Part shown: positions 40,701-54,231 of the stretch, in pieces | How positions within the stretch are numbered: the first letter of the stretch is position 1 | Layout: each line of letters begins with the position of its first letter | Origin: Selaginella moellendorffii | Lineage: Eukaryota > Plantae > Lycopodiophyta | Direction of reading: 5' to 3' | Assembly (NCBI RefSeq): GCF_000143415.4 | Contig: NW_003314334.1 | Location: 62,001-126,000, forward strand | Length of the DNA: 64,000 nucleotides | Program-made: the position numbers and the translations under genes | The notes under the pieces: model-generated | What the model was told of the DNA's origin: nothing | What the model saw: the letters and a program-made list of their open reading frames with translations, nothing else | Database searches by the model: none

Positions 40701-43700
40701 CCAAATGTGCCAAGGTGTGATACCTTGAGGCTATGTTGGTGGGTTCATGAAAACCCCTTGCCAAAGGAATCCCAATGGAAATGGGAATGGCATAGCTTAA
40801 GCTGTAGAGCATGCAGTTGGACTGTGGTGACCCAGATAGTGATGGAGGTGTGAAAGCACCAAGCAATGAGTTGTAGGACTTGACAACTATGAGGCAACTA
40901 AGCAAGAGGTGCAAAATAACTGGTTAAACGGGTAGAAGGTAGCTACCCAAGACTTCTAGTATAGGGAAGTCGGATATACCCTTGCGGGGGATAAGTTGCT
41001 TATGTTGCGATATAGTAAGTCAATGTCATAAAAGGAAATACTCATTGTCAAGAAAGCCATCATTGGGACACCCGAACACTCTAGAACACAAGAAGGTGGT
41101 GTTTGATGTCGCGAGGGCAATGGATAAAGCCCAAGGGACTAAGTCCCTAGTGAATGATGGATAGAAGGTGTTATCCAAATGTTCAAGGTTGCGGAGATAG
41201 GAGAGGACTGTCTACCCAAGTTGGACAAAGCCAAAATTGGAATTTTGGCAAGGCTAGTGATGGGCATGTAAAGGCCCCTAAGCAACAATGTAACCCCAGT
41301 GTGTGGGATTATAAGCTGAGCATACCCGGATTGAGGAACCACTCCTTGGGCTATTGGGTAGGTTCATCCCTAAGAATACTTGCTAAGGCATGATAGAAAG
41401 TGCAAAGCTATCCTCCTGGTCTGGAGGAGAATGACCGAAGGAAAGGTGTGAAGCCAAAGGCAAGTAGTGTTGGGATGGAACTGAACCATAGAAATCAAAG
41501 GGCATATCCAACAGTGGTTATGAAAGTTGGGAGTGGAGAATCAAGAGAGTGCTCGAGGATGTTGTTGTTAGCAACCGTGATGCCATGGAGAGTCTAAAAT
41601 ATGGAATTGTCCGTGTTAGACTATATGGCAACTATAAAGCTTGCGAAAGGGGAGGCCTTAGCAAGCTGAGGGACAGAGTTCCTTCAAGGTTCCCAAAGAC
41701 GATTCTAGGTAGCGTAGTACCTAGAAAGGCCAAGTGTAAATGGTTCATGGAACGCGCAAAATCAGAGTGGCGCAGCAGAAGCGTGGTCTTGAAGCTTGCC
41801 ATGAGGCAAGGTTATCAAGGTTAGGGAAGTAGTTCCCGAGTGTTCAAAGAGAGGGCTTTGAACGAAAGTCGATGGTCAAGGACTTTCACGCTTATGCAGG
41901 AACCATGTTACAATGGTCGGAGGACTTGCCAAGTGAGATTGGCACGTCGGGGGAACAAAGACCCTAGTTGAAGGTGATATCTTCAAAAAGGGTGGGCCAG
42001 GGGGCCGAGCATGGAGGAGTCCATGCATGATCACAGACATGTCAAGTGAGAGGACTTGGCAGTGTGGAGGAACTAGGTTCCTAAGCTGTGATCTGTAGCG
42101 CGCTTTAAAAATAGGTTGGTGCACCGGCGTGGGGAGTCACGCCAGGCATCTAGTGTGATGCCGTCCGTAGATGCATATACGGAGGTTGGGTTCGAGTCCC
42201 GACCCTCTAGTGCTTGGGTTCGAGTCCCAAATCACTAGGGCGTGGTGATGGTTTGGAATATGAGGACACTCATATTTCGGTGGTCATGGACTCTCAGTGG
42301 GGAGACTGGTTTGGGCACACCGCCAAGCGAGGGATGCCTCGGAGTCGTGATGCACGGTTAGATTGCTTAGTGTGAAAGCTCAGCATATCTAACTTGAACA
42401 CTTTGGTGCAAGTGGCACCAAGGTCGTGGTGAGTGAGATGGGGACACCTAATCTCAGTTGCTATGAACCCTTGGCCGTAAGGGCTAACTTGGGTGCACCG
42501 CCAAGTGTGGGGGATGCCCCCGGGGTTATAGTCAACAACTTGGAGGTCTAGAAAACCAAGTACCTCTTGGCAACTCTGTTAAGGTGCCAAGGTGAGATCA
42601 CTAGGTGATCTTATGGCCAGAAAAGGACAAGGTCCTTGGTTGGCTAAGGAATGAAGTTCCTGGTTCAAAATGTTGAAATTGAACTATTTAAGGTGGTGTG
42701 GCTTGGTTGTGATAACCAAGTGGGAAGAGCACCTAAGGGAAATAAACTATGTCCGTGCTATGGCATAGTGAGTCCGAGGAAAGTAGTCTCTATAAAAGAC
42801 CCATGGGAGGGTCACGAAGTTGGGCCGTGGATAGAGCCCATAGCAGAAGATGCTAAAGAGACGTACTAGGGGTGAACATCCTCCGGACTTGGCAAAGAAG
42901 AGTCTTTGCTATGGAACCGAAACAATACCTCAAGGAGGGAGGTAGAGATTTGATGTTGCTTGGTGCAACAATCAACGGATAGGAGCAAAAGATGAGTGGC
43001 CAAGATAGGGCCGTGGAATCCCTTGGAAGGAATCCAAGTGACAAAGTTAGGCGAGGAACACTAATGTGTTGGACGCTAACAAGTTGCGGGAAAGGAAGTG
43101 TGTTTCCAAGGAGGGATTCCGAATTGCTCCGATTTGGCGAAAGTGGAAGCTCCAAGGGAGGGAGCGGTAAGGTAGCCAAATGATAGGGCGATGGACAACC
43201 CTAGCACAAAGGGTGATAAATGGAACTTAGTGCCCAAGGTGGCACGAAATAGAAGAGAGGATGATGGTGCCCTCAAGTAATGAACTTCCTAGGATAGGGA
43301 AGTGGAGTCGCACAAACTGTGCAATGCAAGGTGTTGGAGACACTTAGGAAATTGACTTTGAGAAGTCAAAATTAAAAGTTCCAAGGTGAACTGGTTATAT
43401 CAATAGAAGTTGAGACTACTCGAGAAGGAGTAGTGGGATTGACTTAGAGAAGGGTCTCTAAGAGGTTTAGCGAGAACTAAACCAATAAAAGGAGAGAACC
43501 ATTACATGTGGTCCAATCAGTCTCTAAGTTGGAGAGACTACGCTCCTTAAAGGATGGACAAGGCATGGTGAGCCTTTGATGTCAAACCATAGACAAAGAT
43601 TGGCTAGGTGCCAAGGATGGAAATGGTAACACGTGTGGGTGTTACTTTATGAAAGGGTTTACCATTCGATGAGGACATCGAACTTCGTCTATGGGTGGTG

Positions 43701-46700
43701 GAGTTGTGAGACACAAAATCCCTAGGCCCCAAAGTGGAGCCGGAAGGGCGCCACATGGTAGTGGCTGAAGCGAGAGCCAAACGAGCGTAACACGTTTGGA
43801 CCAAAAGCTCCGACTTGAAAAGTCAAGAGCGGGAGTGGAACTCCCAACGAAGTGCTCGAGGAACGAGCACGAAGCGAGCAAAAGGTGAGGCTCCAAAAAG
43901 GGACCCAAAAGGACCAACACATGACATGTGGGAGTGTCCGAGATGGACTCTAGTTGGAGTCCGAAATGGAGTCCGAGATGGACCCGAGATGGAGTCCAAG
44001 TTGGAGTCTGAAGTGGAGTCCAAGATGGACCCGAGATGGAGTCCGAGGTGGACCCGAGATGGACCCGAGTTGGAGTCCGAAGTGGAGTTCGAGATGGACC
44101 CGAGATGGAGTCCGAGATGGAGTCCGAGGTGGAGTCCGAGGTGGACCCGAGATGGACCCGAAATGGAGTCCGAGATGGACCCGTAATGCAGTCCGAGATG
44201 GAGTCCGAGATGGAGTCCGAGATGGACCCGAGATGGACCCGAGATGGAGTCCGAGATGGAGTCCGACATGGAGTCCGAAGTCGAGACCGAGACCGGGACC
44301 GAGACCGGGACCGAGACCGAGACCGAGATCGGGACCGAGGCCGAGGCCAAGGCCGAGACCGAGACCGAGGCCGAGGCCGAGCCCGAGCCCGAGCCCGAGT
44401 CCGAGTCCGAGTCCGAATCCGAGTCCGAGTCCGAGTCCGAGTCCGAGTCCGGAGCCTGAGAGGGTGAAAGCCCAAAGCATTCGTCTCCCAGACCCTGGGG
44501 GGTTTGGTGAGCTCCAAAAGTATAATAGGGGGAGGACTACAATGGAGCCAGTTTGGCCAAGAAAGGCCAGTTTGGCCCAGGAAGGCCGGACCCAGTATTG
44601 GGTGATGAGATGCCCACTGGGAAGTCCAAGACTAGAGTGAACACGGACCGACAAGCGGGGTAGCTTGGTGAAGTGTTCAAGAGCCGGCTCTAGTTCCCCC
44701 GGGAGATCGACTGGTTGATGCTCCCAGTCCAAGTGTGGGTGGCACTACCTACTTGGATACCTGGTGTGGCTCAATGGAACCCGCTCTAAGCCCATGGCTA
44801 GAGCACCCAAGGGCAGAAGGCGAGGAGAGTACCCAGGTGGCTCGCGTAAGGCCACGGTGTTCCGAAATGTTGTCCCAAAGGCCCAGACTGTGGAAAGGAA
44901 GAGGAGCAGTCCTCTGGGGTAGTGACCAAGGACACAGTCGTGTGGTGAGGAAGTCCCAGAGGACCGTAGGACTTAGTGGTCGGGCCTGTGGGTCTTGATC
45001 CAGTGGCAGTGTTGGCAAACACGGCCAGGGGCAGAAAGGGACTTAGTGGGGACTGACAGAGGGATATTGGGGAAGGCTATTCCCCTTGTCGGTGGGCATC
45101 CTAAGGATGCTAAGGAGTGGATCTGAGATGACCACTCAGGGATGGTTTGCCTAGTCTTGGAGGGCCAAGACGGAGATGCAAGTGGTGTTGGACCACCAGT
45201 GTGACCAAGGTAAATGGGCATGGCCTTAGCGTAACGGGCCGATACATCGGTGATACCTTGGGGTGTCGATCATGGGATCGGACACGTGGAGCACTTGGAC
45301 CAAGTGCTAAGGTTGAGTGGCATGGATGCCATTCTCGGGGCTAGCAAGCCCCAAGTCCTGAGTTGGACTTATGGAGGTTGTCAATGAGACTCCTCCAAGT
45401 GGTTAGACATGTGGTTAAGGGACTAAAGTAAAATGGAAAATTTAGTCGCTTACAGGAACAAGCACGGAGCAAGCAATAAGTGAGTCTCTAAAAAGGGACA
45501 CAAGAGGACCCGAGATGGAGTCCGAGAAGGACCCGAGATGGAGTCTGAGATGGAGTCTGAGAAGGACCCGAGATGGAGTCCGAGATGGAGTCCGAGAAGG
45601 ACCCTAGATGGAGTCCGAAGTTGAGACCGAGACTGAGACCGGGACCAAGACTGAGACCGAGGCTGAGGCCGAGACCGAGCCCAAGCCCAAGTCTGAGTCC
45701 GAGTCCGAGTCCGAGTTTGAGTTCGAGTCTGAGAGGGTGGAAGCCCAAAGCATTCATCTCCCAGACCCTGAGGGGTTTGGTGAGCTCCAAAAGTATAATA
45801 AGAGGAGGACTTCAGTGGAGCCAGTTTGGTTAACAAAGGCCAGTTTGGCCCAGGAAGGCTATACCCAGATGTTGGGTGATGGGATCACCACTGGGAAGTC
45901 CAAGGCTAGAGTAAATATGGACTGACAAGCGGGGTAGCTTTGTGAAGTATTCAAGGGCCGGCTCTAGTTCCCCTAGGAGATCGAATAGCCAATGCTCCCA
46001 GTCCAACTGTGGGTGGCACTACCTACTTAGATACCTAGCGTGGCTCAACAGAACCTCGCTCTACGCCCATGGCTAGAGCACCTAAAGGTGGAAGGTGGGG
46101 AGAGTACCCACGGGGCTCATATAGGGCCATGGTGTTTCGAAATGTTATCCCGAAGTCCCAAATTGGGGAAAGGAGGAGGAGTAGTCCTCGAATGTAGTGA
46201 CTAAGGATACGGTCATATGGTGAGGAAGTCCCAAAGGACAATGGGACTTAGTGGCTGAGCCTGCGGTCCTTGATTTAGTGGCAATATTGGCGAACATGGA
46301 CATGGACGGAAAAGGGACTTGGTAAGAACTGACAAAAGGGATATTGGGGAAGGCTATTCCCCATGTCTGTAGGCATCCTAAGGATGCTAAGGAGTGGATC
46401 TGGGATGCCCGCTCGTGGACAGATGGCCCAGTCTTGGAGAGACAGGACTGTGATGCAAGTGGTGCTGGACCACTAGTGCGGCAAAGGTGAAGGGGCATGG
46501 CCTTCGCATAACAGGCCGATATGTCAGTGGTACTTTTGGCTCTCGGTCTTGGATTGGACACGTGGAGCACTTGCACCAAGTGCAATGATTGAGTGGCATG
46601 GATGCCATTCTTGGGGCTAGCAAGTCCCTAAGTCCAGAATGGGACTTATGGAGGTTGTGAGTGAGACTCCTCCAAGAGGTTGAAGGTATGATTAAGTGAC

Positions 46701-46731
46701 TAAAGTAGAATGGAAAAATTAGTCGCTTACA
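37730..46731 (+). repeat. older family A LTR split by the 37890-45454 insertion
   Basis: PPT then TGTGAGACAC at 37730; resumes at 45460; ends GCTTACA at 46731. Confidence 0.8.
37890..45454 (+). mobile_element. complete non-autonomous LTR element, family A (LARD-like)
   Basis: LTRs at 37890-39643 and 43705-45454 (TG..CA). TSD GGAAC at 37885-37889 and 45455-45459. PBS TGGTATCAAAGC at 39647; PPT 43692-43704. The 4.06-kb internal region has no long ORF. Confidence 0.92.
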
Positions 46732-47550
46732 CATAGCAGTATTAACAGCAACATTTGAGGAAGTCTTCAGCTTGAAACTAGCTCTCTCTAGACTTTCAAT
46801 TTCTTCTTTCAAAAGATTGTAGCTTCGCTCAACTGACCACTCCTCTGGCACAGAATCTAGTTTCAAGATAATTGAGTTGCTGATCCGGTTTATATAAATA
46901 ACATCAATCCCACTATAGTAAATCCAACTTGACTGGTGGCCCTTTACTCCTAGATCTCGATAGCCCCAGAAACATGGTACTGCTGAAGAACTTGAACTTC
47001 AGCGCACAAATGCAAGACACTTTCCTCGACTCCCAATCATTCTGGAGCAATGTGCATTACTCTTGGCACTAACTCTTCGAATTGCCTAGTTGATATGAGA
47101 AACTGGCTTATAAGCAATAATCTTCTCAACCTCTAGCACTGAATTTACTTGTGTAACAATTGGCACCTCCTCTACTCCATGTTCCTTAGTTCTTCTCCAG
47201 TGTCATGGAACAGAATAGTAGTCAAACTCTGGACAGTGAGAGCTAGAAGGAGTGATGTTGGGCCCATCAAATTGTAAAAGACTAATTTTTCCATCCTACT
47301 TTAGTCACTTAACCACACCTCTGACCACTTGGAGGAGTCTCATTCATAACCTCCTTAAGTCTAGTTCAGAACTTAGGACCTTCTAGCCTTGAGAATGGCA
47401 TCCATACCACTCATCCTTTCCACTTGGTCCAAGTGGTCCACGTGTTTGGTCCCAAGACCAACACCCCAAGGTACCACCAACATACCAACCCATTACGCTA
47501 AAGCTATGTCCATTCAAGTTGGTACCACCGGTGGTTCAGCACCACCTGCA

Positions 47551-48660
47551 TGTAAGCCACAAATTTTTCCTTTCCAATTTGCCAACTTACCTTGTCTATC
47601 CGATCAACACTGCCTTGGCTTTTGCTAAGTTCCCTCGCCAAGGTTCCCGCCTATTGCACCAGCTCCTATTTGGTCCTACTTGTTTTCAGTTACTCACTGC
47701 ACGAGTAACGGCATGTTAGCCATCCATCCACAGATTCCTAAATCTCTCCCAATCCCCCTCCCCGGGTTAGATTAGACTTAAGGTTCGGCTACACTCCCCG
47801 TAGGCACAAGCACCCAAGCACACCAAGCCTCTACATTCATAACACCCTTTGGTACAACAAGACTTGTTCATGGGACCCTCTAAATCCCAAGCCTTGGGTG
47901 CAACACTTGCTTTGGGACATCGGGCTAAACACCGTGGCCTAACGGCCCGGTATGGGTACCTCTACCCCCCCACTTCTATCCCGAAGGGAAGGTCATGGCC
48001 CCTAGGAAGGGCGAGGACCAATGAGCCACAAGGTACTCAAATGGGGCACCACTCCACATGAGCTTGGAGCACCGCAGTCGGTTTCCCTTTTGGGAGTGGG
48101 AGCTGCTCTTGAGCACTTCCTTGGGTGGCCCCTCCGGCACCACCTGAGTCCATGCTCACTCCCACCCAAGGCCCCTCGGCCCCAGTCTCAACCTCAAGTC
48201 GGTTTAGAAGCACCATTGGAGAGTTCCTTCAAGACTGGTTCCTAGACCTCACTATCCAAACTATACTTTTGTAACCCCCTGCAGCGCCCCACCCCTCCCC
48301 CCCCCCCCCGGGAGATGCATGTTTTGGGCTTTCACCCCTTGACACATATTAGTACTCGGACTCGGTCTCAGACTCGATCTTGGACCTAATCTTAGACCTG
48401 GTCTCGGACTCGACTTCAAACTCGACCTCGGATTCGGTCTTGGACCCGATTCGGATCTTGGACTCTGTCTCAAACTCGGTCTCGAACTCAGTCTCCAATT
48501 CGGCCTCAGACTCGATCCAGGACTGTATCTCGAACTTGGTCTCAGAGTCGGTCTTGGACTCGATCTTCGACTCGGTCGCATCCGATGAACTCTTTGTCAT
48601 TTTGGTCATGCTTTCTGGGATCCTTTAGCCTATGACACCTCGGGGAGTTGGTTCCGTACA
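47551..48660 (-). mobile_element. family C solo LTR
   Basis: TG..CA, homologous to 22594-23767, TSD CTGCA/CTACA. Confidence 0.85.
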
Positions 48661-51600
48661 CTACATCGCAGTCCCATCTCTCAATGACTGGCCATCCATC
48701 CAAGAGTGACCATCCAAGATCCACTCCTTAGCATCCTTAAGATGCCTGCAAACAAAGGGAATTGCCTTCCTGAATAATCCTTTTACAGTCCCCATCAAGT
48801 CCCTTTTTTGTCCATGGCCGAGTTTGCATACCCTGCCACTGGGACAAGGCCCACAAGCCTGACCACTAAGTCCCACTATCCTCTAGGACCTTCTCACCAT
48901 ATGACCGTATCCTTGGTGACCACACTAGAGGACTACTCCTCTTCTATTCTATAGTTTGAGACTGTGAGATGACATTTCAGAACACTGTGGTCTTATGCGA
49001 GCCTTGTGGGTACTCTCTCTACTTTCCGCCTTTGGGTGCTTTAGCCATGGGCTTAGAGTGAGATTCCATTGAGCCATGCCAGGTATTCAAGTAGGTAGTG
49101 CCACCCACACTTAGACTGGGAGCATCAACCAATCAATCTCCCAGGGGAACTAGAGCCGGCTCTTGAACACTTCACCAAGCTACCCTGCTTGATAGTCCAT
49201 ATTCACTCTAGCCTTAGACTTCCCAGTGGTTATCCCATCACCCAACACCTGGGTACAGCCTTCCTAGGCCAAACTGGCCTTTCTTGGCCAAATTGGCTCC
49301 ACTGGAGTCCTCCCTCTATTATACTTTTGGAGCTCAACAAACCCCCAAGGTCTGGGAGACAAACGCTTTGGGCTTTCACCTTCTCAGACTCGAACTTCGA
49401 CTCGGACTCAAACTCATACTCGATCTCGAACTCGGACTCAAGCTTGGGCTCAATTTTGGCCTCAGCCTCAGTCTCGGTCTCGGTCCCGGTCTTGGTCTTG
49501 GTCTCGACTTCAGACTCTGTCTCAGGTCCATCTCAGACTCCATCTCGGGTTCTATCTCAGGTCCATCTCAGACTCCATCATGGGTCCATCTCAGACTCCA
49601 TCTCGGACTCCATCTTGGTCCATCTCAGACTCCATCTCGGACTCCATCCCAGTCCATCTCGGACTCCATTTTGGTCCATTTCAGACTCCATCTTGGTCCA
49701 TCTTGGACTCCATCTCAAGTCCATCTCGGACTCCATTTTGGGTCTATCTTGGACTCCATCTCGTGTCCATCTCAGACTCCATCTTGGGTCCATCTCAGGC
49801 TCTTCTATATATCATGTGTCGGTCCTCTTATGTCTCTTTTCTAGAGACTCACTTATTGCTTCCTTCATGCTTGTTCCTTGAGCACTTCATTGGGAGTTCC
49901 ACTTCTACTCCTGACCTTTCAAGTTGGAGCTTTTAGTCCAAACGTGTTATGCTCGTTTGGCTTTTGTTTCGGCCACTACCACGTGGCACCCTTTTGGCTC
50001 CACTTTGGGGCTTAGGGAATTGTGTCTCATAACTCCACCACCCATAGACGAAGTTCGATGTCTTCATCGAACAATAAACTATTTTATAAAGTAACACCAG
50101 TATGTATTACCTTTTCCATCCTTGGCACCTAGCCAATATTCGTCAATGGTTTGACACCGAAGGCTCACCATGCCTTATTCAACCTCTAAGGAGCATAGTG
50201 TCTCCAAGTTAGAGACTCATTTGACCACCTTAGGTGGTTCTCTCCCTTTTATTGGTTTAGCTCTTGCTAAACCCATTAGAGACACGTTCTCTAGCTCAAT
50301 CCCACTACTCATTTTTGAGTAGTCTCAACTTCTATCGATATAACCTTTCTTCTTTGGAACTTTTAGTGTTGACTTCTCGAAGTCAATTTCCTAGGTATCC
50401 CCGACACCTTTCATTGCATATATTGTGCAAACTCCACTTCCCTATCCTAGTAAGTTCTCTACTTGAGGGCACCATCATCCTCCTTTCTAGTTTGTGCCAC
50501 CTTTGGCACAAAGTTCTAGCTATTGTAAGTTGTGCTAGAGCTGTCCACGGCCCTATCATTTGGCTACTTTGCCGCTCCCTCCCTTAGAGCTTTCACCTTT
50601 GCTAACTTGGAGCATTTGGGAATCCATCCTTGGAAACACACTTCCTTTCTCACAATCCGTTAGTATCTAACACATTAGTGTTCCATGCCTGACTTTGCCA
50701 TTTGGATTCCCTCCAATGAACTCCATAGCCCACACTTGGCCACTAGTCTTTTGCTTTTATCCATTGATTATTGCACTAAACAACATAGGATCACTACCTC
50801 CATTCTTGAGGTATCCTTTTGGTTCCATAGCAAAGGCTCTACTTTGCTAAGTCTAGAGGGTGCTCACCCCTAGTAGGTTTCTTTAGCATTTTCTGCTACG
50901 AGCTTCTATGACCCCGGGGGCATCCCCCACACTTGGTGGTGCGCCCAAGCCAGCCCTTCCGGCCAAGGATCCATAGCAATTGAGATTGGGTGTCCCCATC
51001 TCATTCACAACGTCCTTGGTGCCCTTTGCATCAAAGTGTTGAAGTTTGATATGCCGAGCTTTCACTCTAAGCAATCTAACCATGCATCACGACTTCGGAG
51101 CATTCCCTGCTTGGCGGTGTGCCCAAGCCAGTCTCCTCACTAAGAGTCCATGACCACCAAAATATGAGTGTCATCATATTCCAAACCATCACCACGCCCT
51201 AGTGATTTGGGACTCGAACCCAAGTACTAGAAGGTTGGGACTCAAACCCAACCTCCGTATATGCATCTACGGATGGCATCACCCTGGATGCCTAGCGTGA
51301 CTCCCCACGCCGATGCACCAACTTATACTTAAAGCGCACTATAGATCATAACTTAGGAACCTAGTTCTTCCATACTGCCAAGTCCTCTCACTTGACAAGT
51401 TTGTGATCATGCATGGACTCCTCCATGCTTGGCCCCATGGGCCACCCCATTTAAAGTCAACACCTCCAACTAGGGTATTTGTTCCCCCGACTCGCTAATC
51501 CCACTTAGCAAGTCGCTAGACCAATGTACCATGGTTCATGCATAAGCGTGAAAGTCCTTAACCATCGACTTTTGTTCAAAGCCATCTCTTTGAACACTCA

Positions 51601-51727
51601 GGGATTACTTCCCCAACTTTGATAGCCTCACCTCATGGCAAGCTTCAAGACCACACTTTTGCTGCACCACTTTGATTCCGCACATTCTATAAGCCATTTA
51701 CGATTAGCTTTCTAGGTACTAATTTAC

Positions 51728-53477
51728 TGTAAGCGACAAATTTTTCCATTCTACTTTAGTCACTTAACCACACCTCTGACCACTTGGAGGAGTCTCATTC
51801 ACAACCTCCTTAAATCCAATTCAGGACTTGGGACTTGCTAGTCCCGAGAATGGCATCCATGCCACTCAACCCTTGCACTTGGTCCAAGTGCTCCAAGTGT
51901 CCAGTCCTAAGATCGACACCCAAAGGTACTACTAACATATCGGCCCGTTATGCTAAGGCCATGCCCATTCACCTTTGCCACACTAGTAGTCTAATACCAC
52001 TTGCATCACAATCCCGTCTCCCCAAGACTGAGCCGTCCGTCCATGAGTGGTCATCCCAGATCCACTCCTTAGCATCCTTAGGATGCCCACAGACATGGGG
52101 AATAGCCTTCCCCAACATCCCTTTGTCAGTTCCTACCAAGTCCCTTTTCCGTCCATAGCCATGTTCACCAACACTACCACTAGATCAAGGCCCGCAGACT
52201 CGGCCACTAAGTCCCATTGTCCTCTGGGACTTCTTCACCATGTGACTGTATCCATAGTCACTACACTAGAGGACTGCTCCTCCACCTTTCCCCTATTTAG
52301 GACTTCGGGACAACATTTCGGAACACCTTGGCCCTATGTGGGCCCCGTAGGTACTCTCCCCACCTTTTGCCTTTAGGTGCTCTCGCCATGGGCTTAGAGC
52401 GAGGTTCTGTTGAGCCACACCTGGTATTCAAGTAGGGAGTGCCACCCACACTTGGACTGGGAGCATCGGCCAGTCAATCTCCCGAGGAAACTAGAGCTGG
52501 CTCTTGAACACTTCACCAAGCTATGCTGCTTAACAATCTGTATTCACTCTAGTCTTGGACTTCCCAATGGGTAGCTCATCACCCAACACTGGGTCTGGCC
52601 TTCTTAGGCCAAACTAGCCTTTCCTGGCCAAACTGACTCCACTGCAATCCTCCCCCCTTACTATACTTTTGGAGCTCACGAAAGCCCCCAAGGTCTAGGA
52701 GACGAACGCTTTGGGCTTTCACCCTCTCAGACTCGAACTCGAACTTGGACTCAGACTCGGACTCAGACTCGGACTTGGATTCGGACTCGGACTCGGACTC
52801 AGACTCGGACTCGGACTCAGGCTCGGGCTCAGTCTCGGCCTCAGCCTCGGTCTCGGTCTCGGTCCCAGTCTCGGTCTCAGTCTCGGTCTCGGTCTCGGTC
52901 TCGGTCCTGGTCTCGGTCTCCGTCTCGGTTTCGGTCTTGACCTCGGACTCCATCTCAGGTCCTTCTTGAACTCTGTCTCGGATTCCATCTCGGGTCCATC
53001 TCGGACTCCGTCTTGGTCCATCTCGAACTCCATCTTGGGTCACTCTCAGACTCCATCTCGGGTCCATCTCGGACTCCATCTTTGTCCATCTCAGACTCCA
53101 TCTTGGGTCCATCTCGGACTCCATCTCGGTCCATCTCGGACTCCATTTCGGGTCCATCTTGGACTCTATCTCGGGTCCTTCTTGAACTCCATCTCAGACT
53201 CCACCTCGGACTCCAAGTCGAGTCCATCTCAAACTCCATCTTGGACACTTCCACGTGTCATGCATTAGTCCTTTTGGGTCCCTTTTTGGAGCCTCACTTA
53301 TTGCTCGCTTCATGCTCGTTCCTTGAGCACTCCGTTGAGAGTTCTACTCCCGCTCTTGACCTTTCAAATCGGAGCCTTTTAGTCCAAATGTGTTACGCTT
53401 GTTTGGCTTTTGCTTCAGCCACTACCATGTGGCACCCTTTAGGCTCCACTTTGGGGCTTAGGGATTTGTGTTTCACA
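51728..53477 (-). mobile_element. family A solo LTR
   Basis: TG..CA, TSD TTTAC at 51723-51727 and 53478-53482. Confidence 0.9.
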
Positions 53478-54231
53478 TTTACCTAGAATTGCCTTTGGGA
53501 ACTTTTGAAGGAACTCTATCCTTTAGCTTGTTAGAGCATCTCCTTTCACAAGCTTTCTAATTGCCATATGGTCTAACATGGACAACTCCATGCTTTAGAC
53601 TCTTCATAGCATCATAGTTGCTAATAACAACATGCTCGAGCACTCACTTAATTCTCCACTTCCAAATGACATAAAAACTCTTGGTTATGCTCTTCGATTC
53701 CTATGGTTTGGTTTTATCCCCTTACTACTTGCTTTTGGCCTCATACATTTCCTTCAGTTATTTACCTCCAAACTAGGAGGATGGCTTTGAAGCTCTATTT
53801 CGTTAAAGTGGGAATTGTCATTATCCCACTTGTAAAATAAGGTTTCCAAACCTTTATATAGTATATAAATATAACAAAATTCAACTGCATTGAGGCACAT
53901 GCCATTTTATTTTAAACAAGGAAATGTCTACTCAATCACTTCTCCTCCCCCTGCCACTGCTTCACCTCTCTCTTCTCCTTGTCATCGTCGTCCAATTTCT
54001 TTCCATCCTTTTAATATTGGCTCAGTTGCTCCGAGTCTAGGTGGAGCCCAAGTCCCCATTCAATCTTTACTTTCCCATTATTAATAAAACAACTTCGTAG
54101 ACTTCCAATAACATGCTGTAACACTTCTAGTATAATGCAAATCCTCTCAAAGAATTGTCTTTTAATATTAATACAATGGCATGGAACCCCATGCCATAAT
54201 AAGTTACATTTTTAAATAAATACATGCCATC

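Larger units (their letters stand above)
47273..53789 (-). mobile_element. older family A element (LTR 47273-50031 plus internal region), cut by the DNA element at 53790
   Basis: Homology to the family A LTR and internal region; PPT at 50032+. Confidence 0.8.

Noticed and set aside
42150-42240. tRNA gene
   Set aside because: T-arm motifs are present, but no acceptor stem or D-arm/A-box could be paired into a cloverleaf.
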